Assembly (NCBI GenBank): GCA_035084275.1
Contig: CM068750.1
Coordinates: 7,688,001-7,752,000 of the forward strand
DNA length: 64,000 nucleotides
Direction: 5' to 3'
Source of the DNA: Hydrolagus colliei
Lineage: Eukaryota
Shown: positions 62,813-64,000 of the stretch, one piece after another
How positions within the stretch are numbered: position 1 is the stretch's first letter
Layout of the letters: every line of letters begins with the position of its first letter
The notes under the pieces: generated by a model
What the model saw: the letters and a program-made list of their open reading frames with translations, nothing else
The model's database searches: none
Told to the model about the DNA's origin: nothing
Program-made: the position numbers and the translations under genes

Positions 62813-64000
62813 CTGAAAGAGAATACCGAAACACACTCAAACATGGCTGTTATACGTTTTCCACACATAGATTTAAAAAAAACGAGGGAACAAAGAAAGC
62901 CGTTTATCACCTCTGGAATATGTTGCCAGAGACGAATTTCAGTAAAAATTGGGGTTGAAGGGCACATTAGTACCTTTCTTGGCAGAAAGGAGTAATCAAA
63001 TTGAAATTATGAGTTGGGGTTGAGACTTATCAAAATGCCCTGGTCTTATTCATTTTAATGTCATTTTTATGTTCTTGAAAATACTATGCTCGCAAACAAA
63101 CAACTACATTTCAGCTTCGCTTTGAGTAAAAAATATTGTAAAGAACGATCTGGCAAACGGTTTTCCTTTCTCCTTGCACATCTCTCCCCTCCATCACCAG
63201 CGAGGCCAACTTGTATCTCATAATTTCATCAACTGCAATGAACAAATTGTGTTCAAATCTGAGCAATGGCAGAACTCAAACAAACATGATATCCAAATTT
63301 GGAATGGAACTCCAGCAGATTTGGATGGAACTGAGCCCTCTCACCCCATTCCAAGGGGTCTCCTGTGAGAATAGGGCAGATGGACTGTGTTAAGAGAATG
63401 GTGGCCACTGCCTCTACTAAAAATTGAACATTTTTGATGCAAAAAAAGGAGTCTGAGTAAGGAGTAATTTCCGAACATTCATTCAAAGTAAGAAGTGGCC
63501 CCTTACACATGTGATCTCTGCAATAATAAGGATTAATGTTTCTTTTGATTGAAGAGGATGTATTTGTCTTTACCCGAACACGCTGACACTTGTTGACAGG
63601 TATACCTAAATATAGTAGAAGCCTGTTTATCCAGCTCTTTAAACTAATGCAAAAGTTACACGTCAGAATGACACTGATCTCATCGGGGGCAGAAGAGAGG
63701 AAATCTTGTGTTATTGAGAAAGCAGAGAGTGAGTGGCGGCTGCTCAGTTCAGTTAACTTTCTTTCCAAAAAGCCTTGCGATGCCTGTGCGCGTGTGTGCG
63801 CATTAAGTTGAAACACCGCACTCTGTAAAATGAGCATTGCAGGGATGAGTCTTTTTTTATTAAAATAAAAGCCGATGAATTGATCTGCAAGTTTTGCTCA
63901 GGGTGTGTTTTGCTGTTTTTTGGCTAAATTAAATCTAAATTAATCAACTCACCCCACTCTGCCTCTCAAAGAGTACACTCCGGAAAGTGCATTGCTTTAC

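Noticed and set aside
63253-63837. 194-aa ORF as a stand-alone gene or as the preceding spectrin exon
   Set aside because: No spectrin-repeat or other recognisable motif. Only its first 88 codons are kept as a speculative alternative first exon.
1-64000. CRISPR array, operon or other prokaryotic system
   Set aside because: Spliced vertebrate gene with interspersed retroelements. Repeats are dispersed and divergent, not regularly spaced.

Overview
AT-rich vertebrate genomic DNA. The repeat content (a tRNA-headed SINE with an L2-type (TTA)n tail, shark-type CR1 3' ends and Penelope-type hairpins) points to a cartilaginous fish, most likely a chimaera such as Callorhinchus; this is inference. 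The right third (46015-62812, minus strand) holds the last 11 coding exons of a beta-spectrin best matching SPTB (beta-I). I traced them by hand: all introns are GT-AG, all phases are compatible, and they total 1914 nt (637 aa + stop), covering repeats 14-17, the linker and the PH domain. The exon at 57225-57303 ends in a GTCAGT donor whose read-through gives a short PH-less tail (VSYQSKFCHSSQRFKAL*), the same architecture as the mammalian erythroid/muscle beta-spectrin switch. The left 44 kb has no recognisable protein-coding exon. It is mostly SINE/LINE debris plus a Tigger/pogo-type transposon pair sandwiching a CR1 fragment, Penelope-type hairpins with a decayed hammerhead-like core, interlocking hairpin scars, and a few orphan exon/promoter candidates on the minus strand. 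I found no convincing novel multi-gene system, and nearly all ORF-track entries outside the spectrin exons look spurious or repeat-derived.
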